This document shows, piece by piece, positions 30,467-39,994 of a DNA stretch of 64,000 bases (the first letter of the stretch is position 1; each line of letters starts with the position of its first letter). The position numbers were made by a program, and so were the translations under genes. The DNA comes from Hellea sp. (lineage in GTDB: Bacteria > Pseudomonadota > Alphaproteobacteria > Caulobacterales > Maricaulaceae), in contig JABDKG010000072.1 in the NCBI GenBank assembly GCA_013002305.1, forward strand, positions 11,718 to 75,717. The letters run 5' to 3'. The notes beneath the pieces were generated by a model. The model did not search any database, was not told the DNA's origin, and saw only the letters and a program-made list of their open reading frames with translations.

Positions 30467-31089
30467 AAATGATCAAAATCATTTTGCCAATTTCCGCGCT
30501 GTTGCTCTCGAGCTGTATGAGCATTCTACCCGAACCTGCGCCCGCGAAATCGGTTTACCGTCTGACCAACACTGTCGAGCAGGTCGATCCAAGCCCAAAT
30601 GCACTTCAATTGCGAGTCGATACACCCAGTGCGGCGCGCCTTTTAGGAAGCCGGCAAATCATTGTGTCACCAGATGCCACGAGGATGGCCGTGGCTGCCG
30701 GCACCGAATGGGCTGACGCCTTACCAAACTTAGCGCAGCAGGCCTTTATAGAGACATTGAATGGCCGGTCCGATATCGTGGGCGTCATTCCTATTGCTGG
30801 CGCGCGAACAAATTACCGAATTCATATGAACATTGATCATTTTGAAGCGCTTTTCGATCAGGGCGAAACCAGTGCTCCAATGGTAATTATCACTTATTCT
30901 GTGACCCTTGCGCATTCCGGGACGCGCGAACTACTCGGCAGCAAAAAGTTCCAAAGAACCCGCCGAGCCAATAGTATTGCAATTTCGTCGATAATCCCTG
31001 CGATGAACACGGCGAACAATGAAGTCCTCAGCGACATCGCCGATTGGATTTCAGCATTGCAATTGAATAATCAGGAAGCTTTACGCTAG
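30463..31089 (+). CDS. ABC-type transport auxiliary lipoprotein (DUF330/PqiC-like)
   Basis: Lipobox LLSSC. ATGA overlap with the MCE gene. This is the usual fourth gene of alphaproteobacterial mce-type operons. Confidence 0.7.
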   Translation: MKMIKIILPISALLLSSCMSILPEPAPAKSVYRLTNTVEQVDPSPNALQLRVDTPSAARLLGSRQIIVSPDATRMAVAAGTEWADALPNLAQQAFIETLNGRSDIVGVIPIAGARTNYRIHMNIDHFEALFDQGETSAPMVIITYSVTLAHSGTRELLGSKKFQRTRRANSIAISSIIPAMNTANNEVLSDIADWISALQLNNQEALR

Positions 31090-33377
31090 CTGTTGAGCGC
31101 GGCATCACACATCAGAAAAAGTCGCCCATCTTCGGTTTCAAACTTAGTCCGAAGCGCGTCGGCATTTCCGGAAACATCGCTCAGGCTATGATGAAACTCG
31201 ATGGCGAATGTAATGGCCTGGGCCTTTATAGATTGGTCATTGTCAATCAATTTTGAAAAATGCTCGATCGGTTCACCAAGGCGCTGAGCCACGGTGAGCG
31301 ACATTTGTTTGGTGCCTTCATTGATCCTTGTATCGACAGCCGCCAGGACGCACCCGTCATCGACAATCGCGTGAGGGGATAAGCCGTTGTTGGATAAGAT
31401 CGTTAAAAAGGATTGTGGAGCTCCACTGGATTCGGACTTGGGAAGTTTAACCGGATTGGTCAGACCTGCTTGGGCCCCGGATTTCGGGGCAACCGGAGGG
31501 CTTTGCGCCGGAGTGGTTAATGGCGCACTATTATCCGTGCTTAGTTTGCGGCCGAACAAGCCTTTAAGCCACCCGCTTGAGGCACTTTCATCCATAACCC
31601 TGCGTTCAACCGCGTCGCCCGAGCGCCTTAGCGGTGGTGGGGTCTGGTCGTCAGAAGGCTCCACTTTTTCCTGATGGACATCCAGCTCGAGATCTGGGGC
31701 TTCCGTTACAAATTCGACCGGATCGTCTATGACCGGGCGTAACCCTGATATTCGCGCATCTGGATCTCGCGTCGGGACGTCCATGTCTTTGACTGTTTCG
31801 TTGCCACTTGAACCGCTAGCGCCTGGTGCTGGCCGCAAATTCAGGAAGCCCTTTTTTTCTGGATTATCAAGTGCAGGTGCTGCCTGTTCAGCCGGGCCGG
31901 GCCTTGGGTCAGGGATAGCCAGCTCGATCTCTGGCGTGAAGTCTGCGTCCATGTCCGAAGCGTCGGACATTTCAGGCGCTACGGCTTGAGCGGCCGTATC
32001 CTTACGGGCGGTCTGGGTCAATTTCTCTTGCAAGCTCAGCATATCAGCTTCGATGCGGGCAATTTCTTTGCGCGTCTGCGAGAGGCTATCTTGTACCCGC
32101 CGCGCGGCTTTTTCATTGATGCTCTCAGCGCGCTGGTTGGAAAACTGTACCATTTCCTCCATTTCGGAGAACCGTTGCTTAATGGTACTTTCGGACAATT
32201 TAGCGGCCTCCGACAGGGAGGTTACGGTCTGGCGCCCGGCCTCGCTGGCATCTGTCAGACGTTCGGCGCTGACCTGTGCAGATAAGGCAACATCGCGCAT
32301 TTTGACCAATCGTTCTTCTAACGACTGGCTTAAGACTTCTTGCTCATTGCGCATTTGTGCAATCATGGCGTTGAGGTCCCGCCCATGTTTTTGATAGATT
32401 ATATCAAGTTCGCTGGCGCGGGCCTTGAGCTGTTCGGACAGACGTAATATTTCGGCCTGATTATCCGTCATGGTTGCGGCCGCTTCCATCGTATTGCTGC
32501 GCACAAGTTCAGCCGTCTGATTGATTTTGGCGGCTGTACTTTCCACACTGACGCGGGCTTCCTGGATTTTTTGCTCGGCCGTCCGCGTTGACATCGCCAG
32601 ATTTTCAGACTGTTTGTCGAGTGTTTCGGAAAGCATTTTCATCTGCTCATCAAAAGTGTTGGATATGGACCAAAGGGCCTCGCGTTCTGTCGCCAAACGT
32701 TCCGTTATTTTCTGGGTCTTGTCTTCAACGGCGAGGCTGGTCTCGCCGAGCTTACCGGTTTGTTCTGCTAGCACACCTTGAAGCGTTGAGGCGCGGGTAA
32801 GGGCAAGGTCGATATCCGCGTTTAAATTTGAAATCTCGCCTTTGATGACACCAGACATTTCCGTGGCCCGGCGCACAACGGTCTCGTCGACCTTCATCAA
32901 GGCATTTGCGGACTGTTCCAAACGCACCGCCTGCGCGGATAAGCCTGATAGTTGCTTTAAACCCACATATAGCAGCGATAGAAGTAGCAAAGGAAAGAGT
33001 ACAAAAAAGGCAAGGCCGCCCAATTGAGCGGGCGTAAAACTGCCAATATTCCCAATATCAAACAGGTTAAATGCTGTGAGCAGCGAACCGATTAGCCAAA
33101 GAGCTGAAAGACCTAGCGATAAGAATAGGGGCCAGCGCGCATTATCTTCAGAATAATTTTGTCCATTTCCAAGGCTCGCATCGCGTGATCTTGTTACGAT
33201 TGCGGGCATGCGGTCGTCATCGTCTGGCTTAGCCGTTGCAGGCTCTGTTTTCTGAGTTTGCGCTTTCATATCGAGATGAGGGATGTCGATCTCGCTGGTC
33301 GGGTGCAATCCTAGCGCTCGGCTAACGACATCATCATCTGCCTCTATGCTGCTGATTTTACTTCTTATTTTTGACAA
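31086..33377 (-). CDS. large membrane-anchored coiled-coil protein (TipN/GPR-like architecture), hypothetical
   Basis: 763 aa. N to C: acidic N-terminus; two TM helices (WPLFLSLGLSALWLIGSLLTAF and LGGLAFFVLFPLLLLSLLYVGL); about 330 aa of heptad-rich sequence; a Pro-rich linker; and a ~110-aa C-terminal globular region. Confidence 0.6.
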   Translation of the reverse strand: MSKIRSKISSIEADDDVVSRALGLHPTSEIDIPHLDMKAQTQKTEPATAKPDDDDRMPAIVTRSRDASLGNGQNYSEDNARWPLFLSLGLSALWLIGSLLTAFNLFDIGNIGSFTPAQLGGLAFFVLFPLLLLSLLYVGLKQLSGLSAQAVRLEQSANALMKVDETVVRRATEMSGVIKGEISNLNADIDLALTRASTLQGVLAEQTGKLGETSLAVEDKTQKITERLATEREALWSISNTFDEQMKMLSETLDKQSENLAMSTRTAEQKIQEARVSVESTAAKINQTAELVRSNTMEAAATMTDNQAEILRLSEQLKARASELDIIYQKHGRDLNAMIAQMRNEQEVLSQSLEERLVKMRDVALSAQVSAERLTDASEAGRQTVTSLSEAAKLSESTIKQRFSEMEEMVQFSNQRAESINEKAARRVQDSLSQTRKEIARIEADMLSLQEKLTQTARKDTAAQAVAPEMSDASDMDADFTPEIELAIPDPRPGPAEQAAPALDNPEKKGFLNLRPAPGASGSSGNETVKDMDVPTRDPDARISGLRPVIDDPVEFVTEAPDLELDVHQEKVEPSDDQTPPPLRRSGDAVERRVMDESASSGWLKGLFGRKLSTDNSAPLTTPAQSPPVAPKSGAQAGLTNPVKLPKSESSGAPQSFLTILSNNGLSPHAIVDDGCVLAAVDTRINEGTKQMSLTVAQRLGEPIEHFSKLIDNDQSIKAQAITFAIEFHHSLSDVSGNADALRTKFETEDGRLFLMCDAALNS

Positions 33378-33483
33378 AATTTGTTCTCTAATTTCTGAGT
33401 TTGGCCATGTTAACCGAATTTACGTTAATTAAGTGTACTATGTCCATTCGGAAGGGAAAAGACGAAATTAACAGTCCTTCCGG

Positions 33484-33747
33484 GTGAATAACATGGTGGG
33501 TGAAATGGGAACCAAATTAAGCAAGCGTACAGCGCTGTCTGGCGGCGAGCGCGACTATCTCAAAATGGGTTTGAAACAGCCCGGCGGCAAATTGCCTATA
33601 TTTGATGAGAGCGGACAGACAATATCGACAGCAACAATCCAGAAGTGCATCGAAAAAGGATTTGCCGAACGTTGGTTCGCCAATCCGATGAAACCGGACT
33701 GGCTGGTTTGTCGCCTTACGGATGAGGGCCGCCGCGCTTTAAAATAA
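33484..33747 (+). CDS. small hypothetical protein
   Basis: 87-aa ORF with a GTG start. ATG alternatives lie at 33493 and 33505. No motif recognised. The 3' end overlaps the convergent CPBP gene by 32 nt. Confidence 0.45.
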   Translation: MNNMVGEMGTKLSKRTALSGGERDYLKMGLKQPGGKLPIFDESGQTISTATIQKCIEKGFAERWFANPMKPDWLVCRLTDEGRRALK

Positions 33748-34894
33748 TCTGCTCATCGTCAAGCGGCGCTAATTTGGTCCGTGTCCGGTAGAGTAGATAA
33801 GCGATAATGCCGAGCATCAGGATAAGTGTAAAATTATCTGATGTTTCAGGCGCCTTGGCCATAAATATAGACGGCGTCGGCAATACGGATCCTTCGTAAT
33901 TGACAAAGATTGCCGCGAACAGGTTATTGGCGGCGTGTACACCGATGACGGCTTCCAAGCCGCCTTCGAAATAAACGATCACACACAATACAAATCCGAA
34001 CAGGAAATATCCGCTCATGATCAGAATATGGTGTAGCATACCGACCTCGGCTCCGGCCTGACTTTCCGGATTGGAAAGATGCATTGACGCGAACAGCGCG
34101 CTGGTGATCGCAAATATGATCCATTTATTCTTGAAAAACGCGCTAAAGGCCTGATTGAGATAGCCCCGAAAAACCAGCTCCTCTGCTGCGCTTTGAAACG
34201 GAATAAACAGCAGGCTGGCTATAGTAAACCCGGCAAACCGTTTGGCATCAAAATGATAGGACACTTTCGAAAGGCCGGTAAAATGCAGCACTGCGGTCAG
34301 CAAACCAAGAACGCCAAAAGTTATGAAAGCGCCGACGACCATGCGTTTCCAGTTGACGCGTTCAGCGGCCGTTATGAGGGTGCGGGCGTAGCGACGATGG
34401 GCCAAGCGGGTCGCTATCAATAGGGCAATTAGCGGGAAGATAAATGCTGATAAAATGATTGCATAATTGACAGCGCTTGATCCCATAATGATCTGTATCA
34501 TTGCCGTCATTTCAGGTGGCTGCGGGGCGGACAGTAAATATCCGGCAGCAATAGCCCCGATAAGTACTAAGACTAGAGAAATATATCCCCATAAATTTGG
34601 CTTTTGGCTACCTCGGAACAGCAAAAATGCAGGGATCGACGCGATCGCGCAAAACGCAAAAATGGCGGCGATAAGACTTTCTGTGAACCCTTCAGTTTCA
34701 ACTGAGCTCAGTGACTCTAAAAATCGATTAAACAATTCGGCGTCGCCCAGCAGGCTGAGCATCAATAAAATTGCCAGCACAATCTGACCAATAAAAAATC
34801 CGATGACCATGAGCCAAGAGCCCATGCCCCAGCTCCACCAACGGGATTCGCCTTTTGTTGATTGGTTGAAATAAAGGTGTCCGTTCTCAAACAT
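33716..34894 (-). CDS. CPBP family intramembrane glutamic endopeptidase (CAAX protease/Abi-like)
   Basis: Polytopic. Contains AAEELVFRGYL (EExxxR), FASMHLSN (FxxxH) and GVHAANN. Confidence 0.85.
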   Translation of the reverse strand: MFENGHLYFNQSTKGESRWWSWGMGSWLMVIGFFIGQIVLAILLMLSLLGDAELFNRFLESLSSVETEGFTESLIAAIFAFCAIASIPAFLLFRGSQKPNLWGYISLVLVLIGAIAAGYLLSAPQPPEMTAMIQIIMGSSAVNYAIILSAFIFPLIALLIATRLAHRRYARTLITAAERVNWKRMVVGAFITFGVLGLLTAVLHFTGLSKVSYHFDAKRFAGFTIASLLFIPFQSAAEELVFRGYLNQAFSAFFKNKWIIFAITSALFASMHLSNPESQAGAEVGMLHHILIMSGYFLFGFVLCVIVYFEGGLEAVIGVHAANNLFAAIFVNYEGSVLPTPSIFMAKAPETSDNFTLILMLGIIAYLLYRTRTKLAPLDDEQIILKRGGPHP

Positions 34895-34963
34895 GATGTC
34901 TCTTTTTGGAAATTGCAGCTTTATTCGATAGACTTAAGGCTCATATCTTTCTAATTTACCAAC

Positions 34964-35341
34964 ATGTCTACGGAAAATACTCACATCGATTTTGACCATT
35001 TGCGTCAATATGTTGGCGATGATCCGGCGATGACCGCAGAAATTTTTGGATTGTTTAAAAATCAGGTTGATTTGTGGTCACCCAGTCTTGTTTCGGATCT
35101 CGATGATGACGCATGGGCGATGATGACTCATTCCATCAAAGGGACAGCTCGCGCGATTGGCGCGTTCGAGCTTGCCGATCTGTGCGAACAGGCGGAATTG
35201 TTGATCGGAGAGGGCAAACGACCAGGCGCTCGCGAAGTCAGCGTTGAAAAAATAGATAATGAAATCGACAAGATTATGATCGAAATTCAGCGCTGGGAAT
35301 ATCGGCAGACTATATCCAAGATGAAATCAGAAACCTTTTAA
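34964..35341 (+). CDS. Hpt (histidine phosphotransfer) domain protein
   Basis: 125 aa. Contains HSIKGTARAIGAFELADLC, matching the HxxKG phospho-His motif. Confidence 0.85.
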   Translation: MSTENTHIDFDHLRQYVGDDPAMTAEIFGLFKNQVDLWSPSLVSDLDDDAWAMMTHSIKGTARAIGAFELADLCEQAELLIGEGKRPGAREVSVEKIDNEIDKIMIEIQRWEYRQTISKMKSETF

Positions 35342-35360
35342 ATCAAAAGGTTAAATCCGA

Positions 35361-36905
35361 TTATCGGATATCCGTTTTAAAAAATGCTGGCATCGTATCG
35401 CCAAATCCATTGACGTTGGTGCTCTTGTCTTTTGACTTTGAGGCCTTACTGGAGGATGGCTTCTCTGTAGACTTTCCGGATGACTTTTTGCTGTCAGACT
35501 TCGATTTCGTCGATTGTGCCGATGCTTTTGAGGGCTGATGTTTTTTGTCAGATGGTGTCGTTGTTTTAGCCGAGCTGGTTTGTTTCTTGTCGGCCTTCGG
35601 TTCAGATTTCTTATAATCCGATTTCTTATTATCTGAATATTTCTTGTCGCCGCGCGATTTTGAGGATCGGCTTTTTCGCTTATCACTTCGGCCGCGGCCG
35701 CGTTGTTCTTTTGGAAAATCATCAATTCCCGGAATTTTTATTTCCTCGATCGAATCGAGCTTAATGAGATCCAGAATATTTTTATAGGATTTCTCATCGA
35801 GACGGGCGACGAGCATAATCGTATCGCCTTTCCGTCCGGCGCGCCCAGTCCGGCCAATCCGGTGGACATAGTCCTCGGAATGGTTTGGCACATCATAATT
35901 AAAAACGTGGGACACATCGGGAATATCCAGACCCCGCGCCGCAACATCACTGGCTACCAGCAATTTGAGATCGCCATCTTTAAAATTGGCCAAAGTCTTG
36001 GTTCTCAAAGATTGATCGAGATCGCCATGTATAGGCGCGGCAGAATGGCCGTGCGCCGTCAGCGATTTCGCGACAATGTCGACATCTCTCTTACGATTGC
36101 AAAATACAATACCGTTTTTGACATCATTATTGTCGATTGCCCATCGCAGGGCGGTCCGTTTTTGCTTGGAATCAGAGCTCGGCATACGAATTATTTTTTG
36201 AGTGACGGTATCAGCCGTCATAGCCTTGCGGGCAACCTCAACGGTAACCGGCTGATGCAGAAACTGGTCAACCAGCTGTTTGATCTCATTTGGCATGGTC
36301 GCAGAGAAAAACAAAACCTGCCGCGTAAATGGTGTCAGTTTGAAAATCTTTTCAATATCCGGGATGAATCCCATATCGAGCATACGATCGGCTTCATCAA
36401 CGATCAACGTTTGAACACCGGTAAGAAGAACTTTACCGCGATCAAATTGATCAAGCAGGCGTCCCGGTGTGGCAATCAGTATATCGACGCCGCGGTTAAG
36501 CTTAGCGTCCTGCTCTGCAAATGAAACACCGCCGATGAGAAGCGCCATGCTGAGTTTGAGATATTTTCCGTAAAGCTCGACATTTTCAGCCACTTGCGCC
36601 GCAAGTTCGCGGGTCGGGCAAACAATCAAGCAGCGCGGCATACGGGCCCGGGCTCGTCCTTTGGAAAGTTTGTGCATCACTGGAAGTGTGAAAGCGGCGG
36701 TTTTACCTGTGCCTGTCTGGGCAATGCCCAAAACATCGCGTCCCTGCATAGCCGAAGGAATGGCCTGTGCCTGAATGGGCGTCGGTGTGACATATCCCAT
36801 ATCGTCCAGCGCCTGCTGGATTTTTGGTGCAAGGCCAAGCTCGGCGAATGTTACATCGACGGTCTCTTCCTTGGGGGTTTCATCTTTTTTGGCTTTAGAG
36901 CTCAA
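35361..36905 (-). CDS. DEAD-box ATP-dependent RNA helicase (RhlE-like) with a long Lys/Ser-rich C-terminal tail
   Basis: Q-motif region TFAELGL...PTPIQ, then AQTGTGKT, DEAD, SAT and HRIGRTGRAG. The last ~130 aa are basic and low-complexity. Confidence 0.95.
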   Translation of the reverse strand: MSSKAKKDETPKEETVDVTFAELGLAPKIQQALDDMGYVTPTPIQAQAIPSAMQGRDVLGIAQTGTGKTAAFTLPVMHKLSKGRARARMPRCLIVCPTRELAAQVAENVELYGKYLKLSMALLIGGVSFAEQDAKLNRGVDILIATPGRLLDQFDRGKVLLTGVQTLIVDEADRMLDMGFIPDIEKIFKLTPFTRQVLFFSATMPNEIKQLVDQFLHQPVTVEVARKAMTADTVTQKIIRMPSSDSKQKRTALRWAIDNNDVKNGIVFCNRKRDVDIVAKSLTAHGHSAAPIHGDLDQSLRTKTLANFKDGDLKLLVASDVAARGLDIPDVSHVFNYDVPNHSEDYVHRIGRTGRAGRKGDTIMLVARLDEKSYKNILDLIKLDSIEEIKIPGIDDFPKEQRGRGRSDKRKSRSSKSRGDKKYSDNKKSDYKKSEPKADKKQTSSAKTTTPSDKKHQPSKASAQSTKSKSDSKKSSGKSTEKPSSSKASKSKDKSTNVNGFGDTMPAFFKTDIR

Positions 36906-37040
36906 TTTCTAGTCCATCTCGGATCAATTGCGGCGCAACATAGCGATGAAGTAGTACAGGTCAAGCACTGATAATTGTCCGTCTTTATTGCCAATCCACG
37001 CCAGCCCCCCTATATCGACCAGCGAATGAAGGAGACATCT

Positions 37041-37667
37041 ATGTCTGAATGGCGTGCGCGATTGGAAAAAGGATATCAGGATTTCAAGTCCGGCGATTTT
37101 TTGGAGCAAAAAGCGCTTTACGAGACGCTCGGAACCCACGGACAGAATCCGGATATTATGCTGATTGCCTGCGCAGATAGCCGTGTCGATCCTACCGATA
37201 TTTTCAATGCTTATCCGGGCGAAATGTTTGTCGCTCGCAATGTCGCCAATATTGTGCCGCCAGCGGGTAATGACGAGGCCTATCATGGGACGCTAGCCGC
37301 AATCGAATATGCGGTAACTGTTCTTGAAGTAGACGTTATTGTCATCCTGGGGCATGAGAGCTGCGGCGGGATTGCGGGTTGTTTGGCCGGATTGGGCGAG
37401 ACCGGCGCTGATGGCTATGTCGGAAGCTGGGTGTCAATTTTGAACGATGCCAAAAATAAGCTGATCGCGAACAACCCAAATGCGGAAAATCTTCAGTTCG
37501 AAATGGAACTTGAAGGCATTCGACAATCGATCAGAAACTTGATGACCTATAGATTTGTGAAAGACGTGGTTGAGACAGGAAAGTTAAAGCTACAAGGCGC
37601 GTATTTCGGTATTCACTCAGCCGAACTAATGTTAGCCGATGATGACGGGCAATTTATCAAAGTCTAA
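37041..37667 (+). CDS. beta-class carbonic anhydrase
   Basis: Contains CADSRVDP (CxDxR) and GHESCGG (HxxC). The ATG at 37041 is preceded by GAAGGAGA. The listed ORF start at 36975 is an upstream extension. Confidence 0.9.
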   Translation: MSEWRARLEKGYQDFKSGDFLEQKALYETLGTHGQNPDIMLIACADSRVDPTDIFNAYPGEMFVARNVANIVPPAGNDEAYHGTLAAIEYAVTVLEVDVIVILGHESCGGIAGCLAGLGETGADGYVGSWVSILNDAKNKLIANNPNAENLQFEMELEGIRQSIRNLMTYRFVKDVVETGKLKLQGAYFGIHSAELMLADDDGQFIKV

Positions 37668-38278
37668 TTGACCAACCCCAATTTTTGCAAAGTGGGCAAG
37701 ACGCCTTCTTCAGGAGCGATCAATATTGCTTGCATGCCCAATGAAATGGCCGCCTCGACATTAAGCGGAGAATCGTCAAAGAATAATATGTCTTCGGCCA
37801 TGCAGTTCACGGCTTTAATAGCCTTTAAAAAACACTCTCGATTGGGTTTGCTCGCGTGTAATTGATGTGAGGCGAGCGCGGGTTCAAATATTTGACTGCA
37901 ATTGAAGTAAGCGTTGAGATGTTTCCAGTGAAGGTCATTTGTATTGGACAGGCAGGCGACCGTGAAATCCTTCTTTAAATGTTTGAGGGCTTTGAGAACG
38001 CCTGAATATGGCGCGCCGACCCAGCTGTTCCAAAGTTCAGTTGCCTGCCGGGGTGAATAATCGAACCTAAACATAGCGTTTAGCTCATGGAGAAAGGCCT
38101 CATTGGTACATACACCGCGTTCAAAAGCGAGCGCAATTTTCGAATTTGCAAATTTGTTGAGGACCTGATCTTTGGTCAGGCCGGAGAGCCGGCAGATCTC
38201 AGCCACGCCAGTCCAGTGGACGACGACACCGCCTAAATCGAATAATAGGGCTTTAGGGCGGTAGCCCTTAGGCGGCAT
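37664..38278 (-). CDS. HAD-superfamily hydrolase (subfamily IA-like)
   Basis: Contains [10 protein letters not shown] (motif I variant), CLSNTN and [13 protein letters not shown] chose the start at M33 of the listed ORF (38278), which overlaps the pckA 3' end by 11 nt. Confidence 0.8.
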   Translation of the reverse strand: MPPKGYRPKALLFDLGGVVVHWTGVAEICRLSGLTKDQVLNKFANSKIALAFERGVCTNEAFLHELNAMFRFDYSPRQATELWNSWVGAPYSGVLKALKHLKKDFTVACLSNTNDLHWKHLNAYFNCSQIFEPALASHQLHASKPNRECFLKAIKAVNCMAEDILFFDDSPLNVEAAISLGMQAILIAPEEGVLPTLQKLGLVN

Positions 38279-39860
38279 GAGGGGCAGCGGCCTTGACGTC
38301 GTCGGTGACGTGACTTTCAAATTTGGCGAAGTTGTTGATAAACATTTCAACAAGTTTATGGGCTTGGGCGTCATATGCGGCGCCGTCGCTCCAAGTGCCG
38401 CGCGGGTTCAAGAGCGCCGTATCAACGCCGGGAACTGCGATCGGAACTTCAAATCCAAAATTTTCATCTTTGCGGTAAGCTGCGTTCGTCAACTTGCCAT
38501 CCAGTGCTGCGTTGAGCATAGCTCGCGTTGCTTTGATCGGCATGCGGTGACCGGTTCCGTAAGGGCCGGCTGTCCAGCCTGTATTGACGATCCAGCAATT
38601 GACATTGTGTTCCGCAATGAGATCGCGCAGCAACTCACCATAAATAACCGGATGTCTGGGCATGAAAGGCGCACCGAAACAGGCTGAGAAGGTAGCCGTA
38701 GGTTCTGTCACGCCTTTTTCAGTGCCGGCGACTTTGGCGGTATATCCTGAAAGGAAATGGTACATGGCCTGCTGCGGCGTCAGGCACGCAATCGGCGGCA
38801 ATACGCCAAATGCATCCGCTGTCAACATGATGAGATTTTTAGGCTGACCACACCGACCTGTTGGGCTTGCATTGGGGATAGCCGTAAGATCATATGCGCC
38901 GCGGCTGTTTTCGGCCAACGTGGCGTCGTCAAAATCAAGTTCGCGGGTTTCCGGGTCCATGACGACGTTTTCAAGAACCGTTCCCCACATTTTCGTTGTG
39001 GCAAATATTTCCGGCTCGGATGAGGCGGAAAGGCGGATCATTTTGGCGTAGCAACCACCTTCAAAATTAAACAGGCCATGTTCGGACCAACCATGTTCGT
39101 CATCGCCGACAAGTGTGCGATCAGGGTTGGCAGACAGTGTGGTTTTGCCGGTGCCGGACAGGCCGAAGAAGATTGCACTATTGTCGTCATCATCGACATT
39201 GACCGAGCAGTGCATCGGCATGACGCGCTTTTCGGGCAGCAAGTAATTCATAATGGAGAAAACAGACTTTTTCGTCTCGCCGGCATAAGACGTGCCGCCG
39301 ATCAAGACGATCTTGTCGGTCATATTAACACAAATTACGGTCTCGGAACGCACGCCATGGCGGGCGGGGTTGGCGCGAAAACTCGGTAGATTGATGATTG
39401 TGTATTCGGGTTTGTAGGATTTCAGTTCGTCGGCTGTCGGTTGGCGTAGCAAGTGATGTACGAAAAGGCCGTGCCAAGCATATTCGGTAATGATTTGGAC
39501 GGGCAATCGGTGCTCAAGGTCAGCGCCCCCAAACGTGTCTTGACCATAAAGTGTTAGGCCGTGCATATGCCCTTCAAAATCTTCGCGCAGTGCATTATAT
39601 TGTTCCGTTGAAATGTGATCGGCGGCTTCCCACCAGACTTTATCTTCGGTTTCGGCATCGCGTACGACGAACTTATCGGTGGCGGACCGTCCGGTATGTT
39701 TCCCGGTCTTCACGACAAGCGCGCCGCCAGTGGCGACTTCGGCGTTTTCTTTTTGCACGGCGGTTTCGTAAAACCGGGCCGGTGTCCAGTTCCAGTGAAT
39801 ATTATAATCAGCGGTGAAGCCAGGCACGCCAAGCGTCCGTGTTGACGGGTTTGATGTCAT
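38268..39860 (-). CDS. pckA: phosphoenolpyruvate carboxykinase (ATP)
   Basis: Contains [13 protein letters not shown] (kinase-1a), GDDEHGW and [12 protein letters not shown]. Confidence 0.97.
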   Translation of the reverse strand: MTSNPSTRTLGVPGFTADYNIHWNWTPARFYETAVQKENAEVATGGALVVKTGKHTGRSATDKFVVRDAETEDKVWWEAADHISTEQYNALREDFEGHMHGLTLYGQDTFGGADLEHRLPVQIITEYAWHGLFVHHLLRQPTADELKSYKPEYTIINLPSFRANPARHGVRSETVICVNMTDKIVLIGGTSYAGETKKSVFSIMNYLLPEKRVMPMHCSVNVDDDDNSAIFFGLSGTGKTTLSANPDRTLVGDDEHGWSEHGLFNFEGGCYAKMIRLSASSEPEIFATTKMWGTVLENVVMDPETRELDFDDATLAENSRGAYDLTAIPNASPTGRCGQPKNLIMLTADAFGVLPPIACLTPQQAMYHFLSGYTAKVAGTEKGVTEPTATFSACFGAPFMPRHPVIYGELLRDLIAEHNVNCWIVNTGWTAGPYGTGHRMPIKATRAMLNAALDGKLTNAAYRKDENFGFEVPIAVPGVDTALLNPRGTWSDGAAYDAQAHKLVEMFINNFAKFESHVTDDVKAAAPHAA

Positions 39861-39994
39861 GGTCTTATCCCTATTCCATTCCCTGTCTAATCTTGGCGCA
39901 GGGCCTAACAGAATTCTGATCTATTTCTAGCCCCGAAATTGGAATAACGCTAAAAAATAGGTAATAAATTCAATTATTTGGAATGACAGCGCTG

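Noticed and set aside
35703-36524. 273-aa plus-strand ORF, and other long antisense ORFs (16080..16649, 25918..26496, 58707..59240, 11818..12285, 18738..19175, 54067..54564, 58105..58581)
   Set aside because: All lie fully inside, and opposite to, CDSs with unambiguous family signatures (DEAD-box helicase, Do protease, SNF transporter, YajQ, VUT, TVP38, APH kinase, ACAD). None has a recognisable motif. They are treated as non-coding shadow frames.
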